This document shows positions 38,097-48,554 of a stretch of 64,000 nucleotides of DNA, piece after piece. Both the position numbers and the translations under genes were made by a program. Numbering within the stretch: the first letter of the stretch is position 1; every line of letters begins with the position of its first letter. The notes under the pieces were generated by a model. The model was not told the DNA's origin, did no database searches, and saw nothing but the letters and a program-made list of their open reading frames with translations. Source of the stretch: Myxococcota bacterium (GTDB lineage: Bacteria; Myxococcota_A; Polyangia; Nannocystales; Nannocystaceae); assembly GCA_039194325.1 (NCBI GenBank), contig JBCCWC010000013.1, forward strand, positions 32,001 through 96,000. The letters run 5' to 3'.

Positions 38097-39506
38097 TCAG
38101 GGCTCGAGCGCCGCGACCAGCACATCGAGGTCGCCCGCCTCGCTGCGCTCGGTGCCGGCGACGTAGAGCACCTCGTTGCGGTGGTCGTGCACCACCGCGC
38201 CGAGCTCCACCTCGCCTTGGCTCGTGAGCACCCGATCCGACCAGCGAACCCTCCCGTCCGAGTCCAAGCGCGCCACCCAGCCCTGGACGCCGTCACCGTC
38301 GGTCCCGACCGTGTAGCAATCCCCGTTCACGACCCCAGCGATCCCCTCGACCGATCCCTCGGGGAGGTCCACTTCGACGATGACGTCGAAGGCGGTGCTG
38401 CCGTCGAGTTCGAATGCCGCCAACCACGGCTGCCCGCCCCGCGTGCCGCCCAGCAGCGGGCGCCCGGCCGCGTCGAAGCCCGCCGCCCGCAGCGACCGGC
38501 TGCCTGCCGATCCCTCCGCCAGCGGCGAACCCTGCGGGGAGATCAGCCACCACCGTCGCGCTCGCGCGGTCGAGCCCGCGATGACGAAGGCCCCGTCGCC
38601 TCGCGAGGCCACCGCGTCGATCGTGGTGACCGCTTCACCCCGCCAGTCGGGCCGATCGCTCTGCACCCAGCGCGCCCACGCCCGGCCGTCCTGGATCCCG
38701 ATCAGCACGAAGCCTTGCGAGGTATACGCCGCCCCTCGGCCCACCTCGTAGGCGAGCGTATCGACGGCCCCTGTCTGCTGGGGCTCGACGAGGGCATCGA
38801 GCCAGGCGTACCAGGCGCGAGCTCCGGCGGGTCCGGTCGAAGATTGCTCGCCGGTCACCATCACCGTCAGACCATCGGTCGCCAGACCATGCACCTGACG
38901 ATCGCCGGGCTCCTCGTCCACCCACGCGGGCTCGAGCGGCACCCCATCCGGATCGTAGGCCAACACGAGTGCCGAGCGATCACCGTCGGCCTCGCCCTGC
39001 TCCCCGGCGACCACCACGAACCCGTCGTCCCGCACGATCATGGCCACCGCCCGGTCGTCGGCCGTGGCGCCGTAGCGCTGCACCCACCGCTCGCGACCCG
39101 AGATCCGACACTGAGGCGTACACCCATCGCCCTCGTCGAGGTTGGCGTCGTCGCAATCCTCGCCAGGCTCGACCACGCCGTCGCCACACACGAAGTCGCC
39201 CCCGCCCGACGAGCTGGAATCGGTCGATCCCCCGGAGCTGCTGCTGCCCCCGTTGTTGCCGCTGGAGCCTGGATCGTCGTCTGGAACACACTGGCTGGCC
39301 AGATCCTCGGCCGCGTTGACGCTGAAGCTCCAGCCCGAGATACAGTCGAGGTCCGGGTAGGCGCAGTAGCCCTCGACCTCACAGACCCCCTGCTGACCGG
39401 CTCGCACGCACTGGTTGTCATCGCGACAGGCGTAGGGCGCTACGGAGCATGCGTGCAGGCCACTGCACAATACTACTGCGCCGGCGAGCCGCGATCGCGT
39501 GCCCAT
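38097..39506 (-). CDS. Lipoprotein: Cys-rich N-module, Myxococcus Cys-rich repeat, beta-propeller-like C-terminus
   Basis: LHAC lipobox, CGDGVVEPGEDCDDANLDEGDGCTPQC, repeated W/DG blade-like motifs. Confidence 0.75.
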   Translation of the reverse strand: MGTRSRLAGAVVLCSGLHACSVAPYACRDDNQCVRAGQQGVCEVEGYCAYPDLDCISGWSFSVNAAEDLASQCVPDDDPGSSGNNGGSSSSGGSTDSSSSGGGDFVCGDGVVEPGEDCDDANLDEGDGCTPQCRISGRERWVQRYGATADDRAVAMIVRDDGFVVVAGEQGEADGDRSALVLAYDPDGVPLEPAWVDEEPGDRQVHGLATDGLTVMVTGEQSSTGPAGARAWYAWLDALVEPQQTGAVDTLAYEVGRGAAYTSQGFVLIGIQDGRAWARWVQSDRPDWRGEAVTTIDAVASRGDGAFVIAGSTARARRWWLISPQGSPLAEGSAGSRSLRAAGFDAAGRPLLGGTRGGQPWLAAFELDGSTAFDVIVEVDLPEGSVEGIAGVVNGDCYTVGTDGDGVQGWVARLDSDGRVRWSDRVLTSQGEVELGAVVHDHRNEVLYVAGTERSEAGDLDVLVAALEP

Positions 39507-39609
39507 GCCCCACGCTACCACGGGACGGCTCGGCCGACGCCTCGGCGGGCATCCCGACAGACGCCTCGGGAGAGGTCTCCGGTCGCCGGGCTGTTACCAT
39601 CGGCCCACC

Positions 39610-40233
39610 GTGGACACCCGGTCGGACTTCGAGCTGCTCCACGCGTGGCGGCAGGGCGACCGCAACGCCGCCAACGAGCTGATGGAGCGCCACTACACGA
39701 GCGTCCACCGCTTCTTCACGGCCAAGATCCCCCACGTCGCCGACGACCTCACCCAGCAGTCGCTGCTGGCCTGCGTGGAGGGATACGAGGCGATCCGACA
39801 AAACGACAGCTTTCGCTCGTACCTGTTCGGGATCGCTCGGCGCAGGCTGCTCGATCACCTACGCCAAAAGGATCGCCGCGCTCGCATGATGAGCTTCCGC
39901 GCCGCGCAGGGCCCCGATACTCAGCTCACCCCCAGCGGCGTGGTGGCCATGCGCCAGGAGCAGCGGCTGCTGCTGCGCGCGCTCGAAGCCCTTCCCCCCG
40001 ACATGCACATCACCCTGATGCTGTTTTACTGGGAAGGGATGCCTACGGCCGACGTAAGCCGCGTGCTGGAGATCTCGGTGAGCGCGGTGACCAGTCGCCT
40101 CTCACGAGCGCGCGATCGCCTGCGCGAGACGATCGAGCGCATGGAAGCGACGCCAGAGGTCCGCGCCTCGCTGCTGGAAGACATCGACGGCTGGGCGCGC
40201 TCGCTCGTGGCTAGGGTCCACCCCTCGAAGTGA
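39610..40233 (+). CDS. ECF sigma-70 factor
   Basis: DFELLHAWRQGD, DDLTQQ, SFRSYLFGIAR, LFYWEGM..VTSRLSRAR. Confidence 0.9.
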   Translation: MDTRSDFELLHAWRQGDRNAANELMERHYTSVHRFFTAKIPHVADDLTQQSLLACVEGYEAIRQNDSFRSYLFGIARRRLLDHLRQKDRRARMMSFRAAQGPDTQLTPSGVVAMRQEQRLLLRALEALPPDMHITLMLFYWEGMPTADVSRVLEISVSAVTSRLSRARDRLRETIERMEATPEVRASLLEDIDGWARSLVARVHPSK

Positions 40234-40284
40234 ACACCGAGCGATCGCCCCACTCCCCACGCCCGACCGATCCGCGGTGATAGA

Positions 40285-42447
40285 GTGAGCCCCATGCCGA
40301 GCGGACCCAGCGAGGGCCGGGGCGCGCTTGACACCGGGAGGCGATGGACCCTACGGCTCGCCACGCTGCTCGCGGTGCCATGTGCGGCCGCGAGCATCGC
40401 CGTGACCTCCACCGCGAGCTACGCGGACTCCGTCCTCACCGAGCATCGGCCGCTGCGAGCCGCCACGGTCCTCTACGTCGACGGTGATGCCCACGCGGGC
40501 GATCCGCCCGATCAATGCCCGGGCGACGGCTCCGATGCCTCCCCGTTTCGCTCGATCGACTGTGCGTTCGCGAGCGGGACGATCCGAGCCGGCACCACCC
40601 TCCAGCTACGCGACTCGGAGATCCCCTATGCGGGCGCCGACTCGGCCGCTCACGCGCTGCCCTCGGGCACCGAGGCCAACCCGATCGTCATCGAGCCCGC
40701 GCCCGGCCACGCACCGATCCTCACGGGCCCCCTGACCCTGGCGGGACTCCGATACTGGACGCTCCGCGATCTGGTCTTCGACGGCTCCGGCGGCGGCACC
40801 CCGTCGACCGAGGCCATTCGCATCACCTCGGACGGCATCGACACTACGCTCGGCGTGAGGATCGAGGGGACGACGATCCGCCAATGGCCCGACCGAGGCA
40901 TCGTGCTACGAGGCACATCCTCCACGCCGCTGACGGGCGCGGTCGTCCAGGGCAACCGGATCGAGGGCGCACGCGACACCGGCCTGTGGCTCGAGAACGT
41001 CGCCTCCTCCACGATCGCCCTCAACGAGGTCTCGGAGCTCGACTGTGTCGCCTATTCGCCCTTCACCCTGTGTGACGAGTGCGGCCCCGAAAACTGCGCC
41101 CTGTGCGGCGACTGCCTGGGCGTGCCCCTCGGCGATTGCGGGGCCACCAGCGAGCACGAGATCGGCGGGCAATCCGGGGTGCGGGTGCTGGGCAATTCCT
41201 TCGACATCGAGCTTATCAACAACCACTTCCACGACTTCCTCGACGACGCCTGTGGCGTCGAGCGAACCCGCACGGCGGCCGTGTTCATCACCGGAGCCGG
41301 GGCCCGAGACAGCCGGATCGCCCATAACCTCATCGAGCGGATCGCCCCCGGCAACCCGGACAACGGCTACGGGATCCTCATGTACCAGAGCGCGCCCGGC
41401 TGGCTCGTCGAGCGCAACGTGCTCACCGAGATCGGCCACTGTGCCCTGTGCGAGGGTGACTGGTTGTTCTACGGCTCACGACAGACTCAGTGGCTCCACA
41501 ACACGGTCGTCGGCGTGACGGGCTCGGCCATCGAGATCCGCTGGGCGGCCGAGGCCCAGCTGCGCGGCAACCTGGTGGCCGACGCTCCCGACGCCCCGGT
41601 GCGGGTGTGGGCCGAGGGGGTGGCCGAGGCCCCCATGTTCGACAACAACCTCTACTGGGGGGGCGATCTGGTGGTGGGGCGCTGGGGAGACGACACGCCG
41701 CTCAGCTTCCTCGAGTGGCAGATCGTGTGCATGTGCGACCCCTCGTCGGCCTGGGGCGACCCCTTCCTGCCGGCCACCCCCCCGTTCGATCCCACGCCAG
41801 CCGAGGTCAGCCTCGCGATCGACCTGGTCCCCGCACTCGATGCGAGGCCGTTCCACGGGGCCGCTCACGACGCCGGGGCGCTCGAGGCCCCGCTGGCGCT
41901 GCAGGCCCGCATCCGCAACGACTCCCCCGACCTGGTCCGGCTCACGCTACAAAACGAGTTCGCCCCGCCGCTTACGGGGTTCGAGGGCTGCGTGGGATTC
42001 AGCGTGGAGACCAGCGGCGTGTCGCTGCCGCTCGATTCCTGCGCCGTCGTCGGCGACGAGCTGCAGCTTCGCCTCGTCGAGCCCGCCAGCGGGGGAACCC
42101 TATTGTTCCTGACCTACGCGGGCGGATCGGTCTCCGACTCGGCGGCGATCGGCGGGCTGCTGGGCGCGCGCCTACGACCCATGTCGCTCATCGTGGACAA
42201 CGATGCACCCCTGCCCTCGGTCGACGACACGGCGGGCGAAGCGAGCAACTCGAACGGCACCACGAGCACGGATCCGGACGGGGGCTCGGACGGAGGCTTG
42301 TCCGGAGACGACGAGGGCGGGGGTTGCTTTTGCCGCGGCGACGGCTCGGCCCCTCGATCGGCCCCCAGCCCCCTGGCGTGGTTGCTGCCGCTGCTCGCTC
42401 GCCGACGCCGCACGAGCCATGCTGCGACCGATCGCGCGGGCTGCTAG
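40285..42447 (+). CDS. Secreted right-handed beta-helix protein with MYXO-CTERM-like anchor
   Basis: GTEANPIVI, repeated xxNxI beta-helix turns, DNNLYW; C-terminal GGGCFC..LAWLLPLLARRRR. Confidence 0.75.
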   Translation: MSPMPSGPSEGRGALDTGRRWTLRLATLLAVPCAAASIAVTSTASYADSVLTEHRPLRAATVLYVDGDAHAGDPPDQCPGDGSDASPFRSIDCAFASGTIRAGTTLQLRDSEIPYAGADSAAHALPSGTEANPIVIEPAPGHAPILTGPLTLAGLRYWTLRDLVFDGSGGGTPSTEAIRITSDGIDTTLGVRIEGTTIRQWPDRGIVLRGTSSTPLTGAVVQGNRIEGARDTGLWLENVASSTIALNEVSELDCVAYSPFTLCDECGPENCALCGDCLGVPLGDCGATSEHEIGGQSGVRVLGNSFDIELINNHFHDFLDDACGVERTRTAAVFITGAGARDSRIAHNLIERIAPGNPDNGYGILMYQSAPGWLVERNVLTEIGHCALCEGDWLFYGSRQTQWLHNTVVGVTGSAIEIRWAAEAQLRGNLVADAPDAPVRVWAEGVAEAPMFDNNLYWGGDLVVGRWGDDTPLSFLEWQIVCMCDPSSAWGDPFLPATPPFDPTPAEVSLAIDLVPALDARPFHGAAHDAGALEAPLALQARIRNDSPDLVRLTLQNEFAPPLTGFEGCVGFSVETSGVSLPLDSCAVVGDELQLRLVEPASGGTLLFLTYAGGSVSDSAAIGGLLGARLRPMSLIVDNDAPLPSVDDTAGEASNSNGTTSTDPDGGSDGGLSGDDEGGGCFCRGDGSAPRSAPSPLAWLLPLLARRRRTSHAATDRAGC

Positions 42448-42457
42448 AGTCGAGTCG

Positions 42458-43927
42458 ATGCACCCGGCGGCCACGTCGGCGGTGAGACCCCGAGAGCTGC
42501 CACCAGGCACCCGCCTGGGCCGCTACACCCTGCGGCGGCGAATTGCCCGGGGCGGCATGGCCGAGCTCTACCTGGCCCAGGTGCACGGCGTGGAGGGCTT
42601 CGAAAAGCTGGTGGCGATCAAGCTGGTCCTGCCGCACGTGGCCGACGACCCGACCTTCGTCGCGATGTTCCTCGACGAGGCCCGCCTGGCCGCGCGCCTG
42701 GATCACCCCAACATCGTGCAGGTGCTCGATCTCGGGGTGGCCGACGGCGAGCACTTCATGGCCATGGAGTACGTGCACGGGCGCGACGTCAAGCAGCTGC
42801 TCACCGCGGCCACCGATCTGGGCGGCCTGTCCCTGGCCGGCGCGCTGACGATCGTGGCGGAGGCCTGCGCCGGGCTGCACCATGCCCACGAGCTGGCCGA
42901 CGAGCACGGCCGACCGCTGGGCGTGGTGCACCGCGACGTCTCGCCCTCGAACTTCATCGTGCGCTACGATGGCGAGGTCAAGGTGGTCGACTTCGGGATC
43001 GCCAAGGCGGCCAACCACAGCAGCGTCACCCGCACCGGGGCGCTCAAGGGCAAGGCCGGCTATATGTCGCCCGAGCAGTGCCGCGGCGGGACCATCGACC
43101 GGCGCAGCGACATCTTCGGGCTAGGGATCCTGCTGTTCGAGACCACCACCTGCCTGCGCCTGTTCTTCGGCGACAACGACTTCGCCGTGATGAACCGGAT
43201 CATCGACTGCGACTACGAGCCCCCGCGCGCGCTGATCCCCGACTACCCGGAGCGCCTCGAGGCCATCGTCACCCGCGCCCTGGCCAAAGATCCAGCCGAC
43301 CGCTTCCCGACCGCGTGGGCCATGCGACAGGCGATCGAAGACTTCGCCCTGGCCGAGGGGATCCGCTTGTCGACCGCGCAGCTCGCCATGCGCATGCGCG
43401 AGCTGTTCGGAGAGGTGGTCACCCCCACGGCGATCACGCTCCCCGTGACGCAAGATCATGAGGAGACCTCGACGACGCTGCCCACGTTCCTTCGAGGACG
43501 CCGCCGAACGACCACCGTAGGGCTGAGCGTGGCCGGGGTAGCCCTGGCCGTGGCTGGATACCTGGCGGGCACCGCCAACCGGGCTCCCGCCCGAGCTCCC
43601 ACCCCCGCGTCCACGCCAGATCCCGCCCCAGGTCCCGATCGAGATCGCACCAAGGCCCCAGACCCCGCGGTGACCCCCGAGACGGGGCCAGCCGGGCGCA
43701 CCGAAGCGAGCGCAAACGCGAACGCAGCCGCATCCGACGCTACCCCTGAAGCCGCCCCCGAAGTCGCCCCCTCGCCGCCCACCGAGCCGAAGAGCACCGC
43801 GGCCGAGGCCGCCGCGCCGAACCCGGGCCGCAGCAAGAGCCGCGGCCGAAAGCGCCGCGCCAAACGAACATCCAAGCCTTCGCTTGACCCGGGCTCGACT
43901 CCCGATGACATGATGCCCCGGCAGTAG
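42458..43927 (+). CDS. Membrane Ser/Thr protein kinase
   Basis: ARGGMAELY, VAIK, HRDVSPSN, DFGIAK, YMSPEQ; TM helix and Pro-rich tail. Confidence 0.95.
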   Translation: MHPAATSAVRPRELPPGTRLGRYTLRRRIARGGMAELYLAQVHGVEGFEKLVAIKLVLPHVADDPTFVAMFLDEARLAARLDHPNIVQVLDLGVADGEHFMAMEYVHGRDVKQLLTAATDLGGLSLAGALTIVAEACAGLHHAHELADEHGRPLGVVHRDVSPSNFIVRYDGEVKVVDFGIAKAANHSSVTRTGALKGKAGYMSPEQCRGGTIDRRSDIFGLGILLFETTTCLRLFFGDNDFAVMNRIIDCDYEPPRALIPDYPERLEAIVTRALAKDPADRFPTAWAMRQAIEDFALAEGIRLSTAQLAMRMRELFGEVVTPTAITLPVTQDHEETSTTLPTFLRGRRRTTTVGLSVAGVALAVAGYLAGTANRAPARAPTPASTPDPAPGPDRDRTKAPDPAVTPETGPAGRTEASANANAAASDATPEAAPEVAPSPPTEPKSTAAEAAAPNPGRSKSRGRKRRAKRTSKPSLDPGSTPDDMMPRQ

Positions 43928-43929
43928 CC

Positions 43930-44796
43930 ATGACCGGCATCGCCCCCTGCACCACAAGGCCCAGCAAGCTCGGAAGTCTCGGGCTCATCCTCGCCATGGG
44001 AACGAGCGGGCTCGCGCAGGCCGCCCCGCCGCCGCCCGCTCCCGACGAGTCTTCCTCTCCATCGCCCGAGACCTCGCCCGAAGCCTCGCCCAAAACCTCA
44101 TCTGCCCCGGGACGATCTCCGGCGCCCGACGCCGCGCTCCGAGCTCAGCAGCACTTCAAGGCCGGCGAGTGGGATGCCGCGGTCGAGGCACTGATGGAGG
44201 CCTATGCAGCGGATCCCAACCCCGCCTACCTCTACGCCCGAGCTCAGGCCGAACGCATGCGCGGCAACTGCCGCGTGGCGATCCCGCTGTACCAGCGGTT
44301 CCTCCAGCACGGCGTCACCGAGCAACAACGGGCGGACACCGAGCGCCACATCCGGCTGTGCGAGGAGATCCTCTTCAACGAGCAAGCCGACCCCGAGCCC
44401 GAGCCTGCCCCGGCCCCCTCGCTGACCAAGACGCCGCCGCCCGAGCCACCCCCCGCGAGCCGCGATACGCCCACACACCCGTGGACTCGTGATACTCCGG
44501 GCCTGACCCTGCTGGCGACCGGAGCCGCGGCGACGGCGGTCGGAGGGATCCTGTGGGGCCTGGGCGCCCGCGAGGTCCGCCGCGCGCCAATGGCCAGCGT
44601 CGAGGAAGCCTACGAGCGACAAGTGGCCCAAGGGCGACGAGACATCGGGCTCGGAGTCGCCATGACCGTGGTCGGCGTCGCCTTGGCGGTCAGCGGCACG
44701 ATACGGCTGGGGGTGATCGCCCGGCGCCATCGGGCACGCGTATCGGCCTGGCTGAGCCCAGGCACGGGCGGCGTGCACGTGTCGACCCGGTTCTGA
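43930..44796 (+). CDS. TPR-containing exported/membrane protein
   Basis: Signal-like N-terminus, AQQHFKAGEWDAA..AYLYARAQAER helices, two C-terminal hydrophobic segments. Confidence 0.7.
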   Translation: MTGIAPCTTRPSKLGSLGLILAMGTSGLAQAAPPPPAPDESSSPSPETSPEASPKTSSAPGRSPAPDAALRAQQHFKAGEWDAAVEALMEAYAADPNPAYLYARAQAERMRGNCRVAIPLYQRFLQHGVTEQQRADTERHIRLCEEILFNEQADPEPEPAPAPSLTKTPPPEPPPASRDTPTHPWTRDTPGLTLLATGAAATAVGGILWGLGAREVRRAPMASVEEAYERQVAQGRRDIGLGVAMTVVGVALAVSGTIRLGVIARRHRARVSAWLSPGTGGVHVSTRF

Positions 44797-44854
44797 GCCG
44801 CACTCACCCCATACGCGTATCGACCCAGTGCTGAGCCGCACTCACCCCGTACGC

Positions 44855-45523
44855 TCAGCGAGCGTCGTCGTCACCCGCCAGGCGATCGGCCATGGCCCGG
44901 TACGCTCGATGGGCTCGAACTCGGGCCGCCCCCGGTCGGATCCCCAGCTGCTCGGCGACCTCGCGCATGGGCAGCCCGTGCAGCTTGTGCAGCTCGACGA
45001 CGCGACGTTGATGCTCGGGTAATCGAGCTAACGAATCATGCACGGCCACCTGGGCCCGGTGGCGGCGCTCGGCGACCAAGGCTCGATGCTCGGCGTCGGG
45101 CTGCTGGGAAGCGAGCTCCTCGGGCACGGGGAGCGCTCCGACCAATCCAGCGCCGGCGCCCGAGTAGCGCCGCCGTAGCTCGCTGACGGACGCGTTGCGA
45201 GCGATGGCACAAAACCAGGACACCACGCCTTCCGCTCCGCGAAGCCGTGAAGGGTCGAAGCGCTCTCGCGCCGCGTGGGCCTTGAGGAAGGTGTCTTGCA
45301 CCAGATCATCGACCATCAGATCACACCCGAGGATCGCATGGACCTGCCGGCGAATATGCGGCGCCAGGGCGGCGTATAGAGCAGAGAACACGGAGCGATC
45401 GCCTTCGAGGTAGCGAAGCATCAGGGCGACCAGGGGTTCGATGCCCCCGGCGATGCAGGGGTGCATGGAACGACTCCCTGGCGAGAGGCACGGCAGACCG
45501 GTGTTGCTGTCTTCGGGATGCAT
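44855..45523 (-). CDS. ECF sigma-70 factor
   Basis: DDLVQDTFLKAH, SWFCAIARN, LPEHQRRVVEL..REVAEQLG..RVRAHRAY; start uncertain. Confidence 0.85.
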   Translation of the reverse strand: MHPEDSNTGLPCLSPGSRSMHPCIAGGIEPLVALMLRYLEGDRSVFSALYAALAPHIRRQVHAILGCDLMVDDLVQDTFLKAHAARERFDPSRLRGAEGVVSWFCAIARNASVSELRRRYSGAGAGLVGALPVPEELASQQPDAEHRALVAERRHRAQVAVHDSLARLPEHQRRVVELHKLHGLPMREVAEQLGIRPGAARVRAHRAYRAMADRLAGDDDAR

Positions 45524-46207
45524 GGTGAGCTCGAAAAGAGGTAGCGACACGCCTCGACCGCTCACCGCCGGGTTTCGAACCCAACGGGCCGTCACGATCA
45601 CTCGCTGGCACTTTGCGGACCGATGCGCGCATGTGCATCGGCTCCGACCAGCGGATCTCCCGCTCGCATCATCTGGCGAGGGAGTTCCCTTCGAGGCGGA
45701 GGGGATTGCCGAAACGGAGGTGGGGCGCTCAGCTTCGGCGTGTCACTTACCGATATGCTCGGGGAGGCCCTGAAGTAACGCTCCACGGCAAAAAATGTCT
45801 TGCCTACATTGTGGGGAGATGAGCGAGATTCCCGAACCCGTGGCGCCGGAGCCGGGATCCATCCCCATTGACCCGGGCCAGCCCGCTCCCACAAAGCGCC
45901 CGCCAACCGCTTGCGCGCACCAGATGCGCCAACCGCGACATCCCCGCCGCACCGCGTCGACCTCGACTCAAGACCGCGGAGGGCTACGGGCGCGCGGGAT
46001 CCAGCGGTCGCTCGTCGCGTCTGGCCCGTCGCCCGTCTCGACAAAGACGAGCGCTGAGCCCAGCGCTGGCATCCGCGAGGCCAACCCGGCCCACGTTCAG
46101 CCGATCATCTCGCTGACCGTGGACCGGGTCACGTTGGTCGGTCGACCGTTATGCTTACGCGTGGCGACCCGGTCCGAGGTCGCCGCGCCTTCCCGTTGCG
46201 CTACGCG

Positions 46208-47470
46208 CTAGAAGAAGTTCTCGACCTGGTTCATCGTGGGGTTGAAGTTGCCGGCGGGCCGACCCTTGAGCAGGTAGAAGACCATGCCCGCATCGGAGGC
46301 GTCGCCGGACTTCGGTCCGTCCGTCACGTCGTCATAGAGCGCCGAGTCGACGTTCTGCAACCAGCTCCAGGCCCCGGCGGAGCTGTTGAAGGCCGGCGGG
46401 TTCTGGTCGTTGATGTGGTCGAGATCGATGTTCAGATCGGAGAGGTACGTCAGGTTCGCTTGCTCGGCCGCCGAGCAAGACCCTGGGTTGTTGACGCTCC
46501 CACACTGGCAAGGATTGGGATCCCAGCAGGTGTTCATCTGCGGACCCCTCGCGTACCGGTCGTTCCACAAGCTGTGGGAGATCGCGGTGATGTACTGCTC
46601 CTTGTTGTTGGGGCCAGCGGTGATGAAGTCGTAGGGGACCTGCATGGGACCCGCAATGACATAGAAGAGCTCCGGCTTGTTCGCGCCGAGCTTGCTCTGC
46701 ATCACGTCTACGAAGTTGTCCTTCGCGTTGTTGTAGCCCGATCCCTTCGTCCCGTTGACGTTGAAGAACACGCTGCTGTCGAAGCCATAGCGACCGATGG
46801 CCGCGTTGACGTTGGCGGCCTGATCGCCCGCCTGGCTCGTATTCCCGGCGAGGTTGGTGTTGTAGGCCCAGTGCACCACACAGTCTTGGAGCCCCGCCTC
46901 CGCGATGAGGGCCATCGCCATCGGCGTGGCGTGGATGTCGTCGTAGTCGTGGATGTTGCCGTCGGAATCGTAGGCGATGTAGTAGGGGCAGCCGTCTCCG
47001 CCGCCACCACCGTCACCGCCACCACCGTCACCACCACCGTCACCGTCACCGCCACCACCGTCGCACGGCTGGTTGCCGCAGATGCAGATGCCGCCACCGC
47101 CATTGTCGCAATCGGTCGCGCCCATGTACATCTGCTTGCACTGGTTGGTCGTCGTACACTCGCCGGCATTGCCGCCACCGTCTCCGCCGCCGCCACCGTC
47201 TCCGCCACCGCCACCGCCACCGTCTCCGCCGCCGCCACCGCCGTCGCATACGTCGTTGCCACAGATGCAGACGCCGCCGCCGCCATTGTCGCAATCGGTC
47301 GCGCCCACGTACATCTGCTTGCACTGGTTGGTCGTCGTGCACTCCCCCAGCGCACGATCGAACGCCTCGAAGTCATCCTCGACCTCGGCCGCGCAGGCCG
47401 ACAATAACAGCCCGAGCATCATTACCGCACATCGAACACTCCCCTTCGTGCTCCTATTCATTGCCTTCAT
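46208..47470 (-). CDS. Lipoprotein with two Cys-rich repeats, poly-Gly/Asp linkers and an Asp-rich C-terminal domain
   Basis: LSAC lipobox; GECTTTNQCKQMYxGATDCDNGGGGxCICGN x2; DSDGNIHDYDD; AAAGGAG RBS. Confidence 0.8.
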   Translation of the reverse strand: MKAMNRSTKGSVRCAVMMLGLLLSACAAEVEDDFEAFDRALGECTTTNQCKQMYVGATDCDNGGGGVCICGNDVCDGGGGGGDGGGGGGGDGGGGGDGGGNAGECTTTNQCKQMYMGATDCDNGGGGICICGNQPCDGGGGDGDGGGDGGGGDGGGGGDGCPYYIAYDSDGNIHDYDDIHATPMAMALIAEAGLQDCVVHWAYNTNLAGNTSQAGDQAANVNAAIGRYGFDSSVFFNVNGTKGSGYNNAKDNFVDVMQSKLGANKPELFYVIAGPMQVPYDFITAGPNNKEQYITAISHSLWNDRYARGPQMNTCWDPNPCQCGSVNNPGSCSAAEQANLTYLSDLNIDLDHINDQNPPAFNSSAGAWSWLQNVDSALYDDVTDGPKSGDASDAGMVFYLLKGRPAGNFNPTMNQVENFF

Positions 47471-48554
47471 TGTTCTCTCCTTTGTTTCCGACTCCAATTT
47501 CGACGCATAACCCCAGGGCCTGCATCTACCGTCTGCAAATACCACCATCACTGAGCCGGTTCAAGCGACAAACATCGGTTTCATCAGCGAACGTGACCCC
47601 GGCTATTTCAGTTCCTCGACACCGGCAATAATAGACCACCACTCTCACACCTCCCCGCGTCACTCAAATCCGCACATATTCCTGAGCTTGCACTACTAAT
47701 CGAACATCCACCTTCATTTAGGATTACGCACTTATGCATTGAATGAACCTTGTGCGAACCACAAACAGTCTCGACAGACCTTGCTGCTCTCCATCTCAAA
47801 CGTGCATATTCGCGAGATCCAAAGACACTAGTAGAAACCGAAGAAGGACAGCGAGCGCCCGTTCATCGGGTAATGAGCCCTTCTGTCGTTGCATCTCGAA
47901 CGAACTAGAGCCAACGTCGTGAGAAGACAAACATCTGCCTTCCGAAGCCCATGCATGAGCTCCTGCGGGCATTCTGGCGCCCGCGCAATTATTTCGTGAG
48001 ACAAAAATCCTCCCCGATCAACTTCGCGAGTGCACCAAACGACACGACCACCGGCCCGCACGAGCGACCATCGACGGGTGCGCAGGGCAAGCATTGGTTG
48101 AATTCGATGAATTCAACCAGTTCATACAATTAATTATCACTATATTACAGATTCATCCACCAACACACCATCGATGACCGACTTCTGCCAGACGGCGCAC
48201 CGATCGACCAGCACCCGATACTCATCGTAATTGGAATGAAGTATGCCGGTTCCAAGGCGCTCGATTCTCGATCTCACCGATCGAGAGAATTCGCCGGTAC
48301 CCGATCGAATCACGACCCCCGCAGAAGTCACCCGGGAGCTCGATCCCCGAAGGACGCTGCACGACCGGAGGCCCGTGACCATCGACTCTTGCCCGACTCG
48401 CCCTTGGCACCCCGGTACGACGCTCAATGTCACCAGCCTGCGCGCGCATACACCGTACGCCACGACACCAGCACGATCCCGCCCCTTCGTACCCGCACCA
48501 CCGCTCACCCACGGCCGACCGAGCATCGCCGCCCCGATCCGAGTACCATGGGGT

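Noticed and set aside
38040..40214. 724-aa plus-strand ORF
   Set aside because: Overlaps the minus-strand lipoprotein and the ECF gene in other frames; Arg/Pro-rich with no motifs
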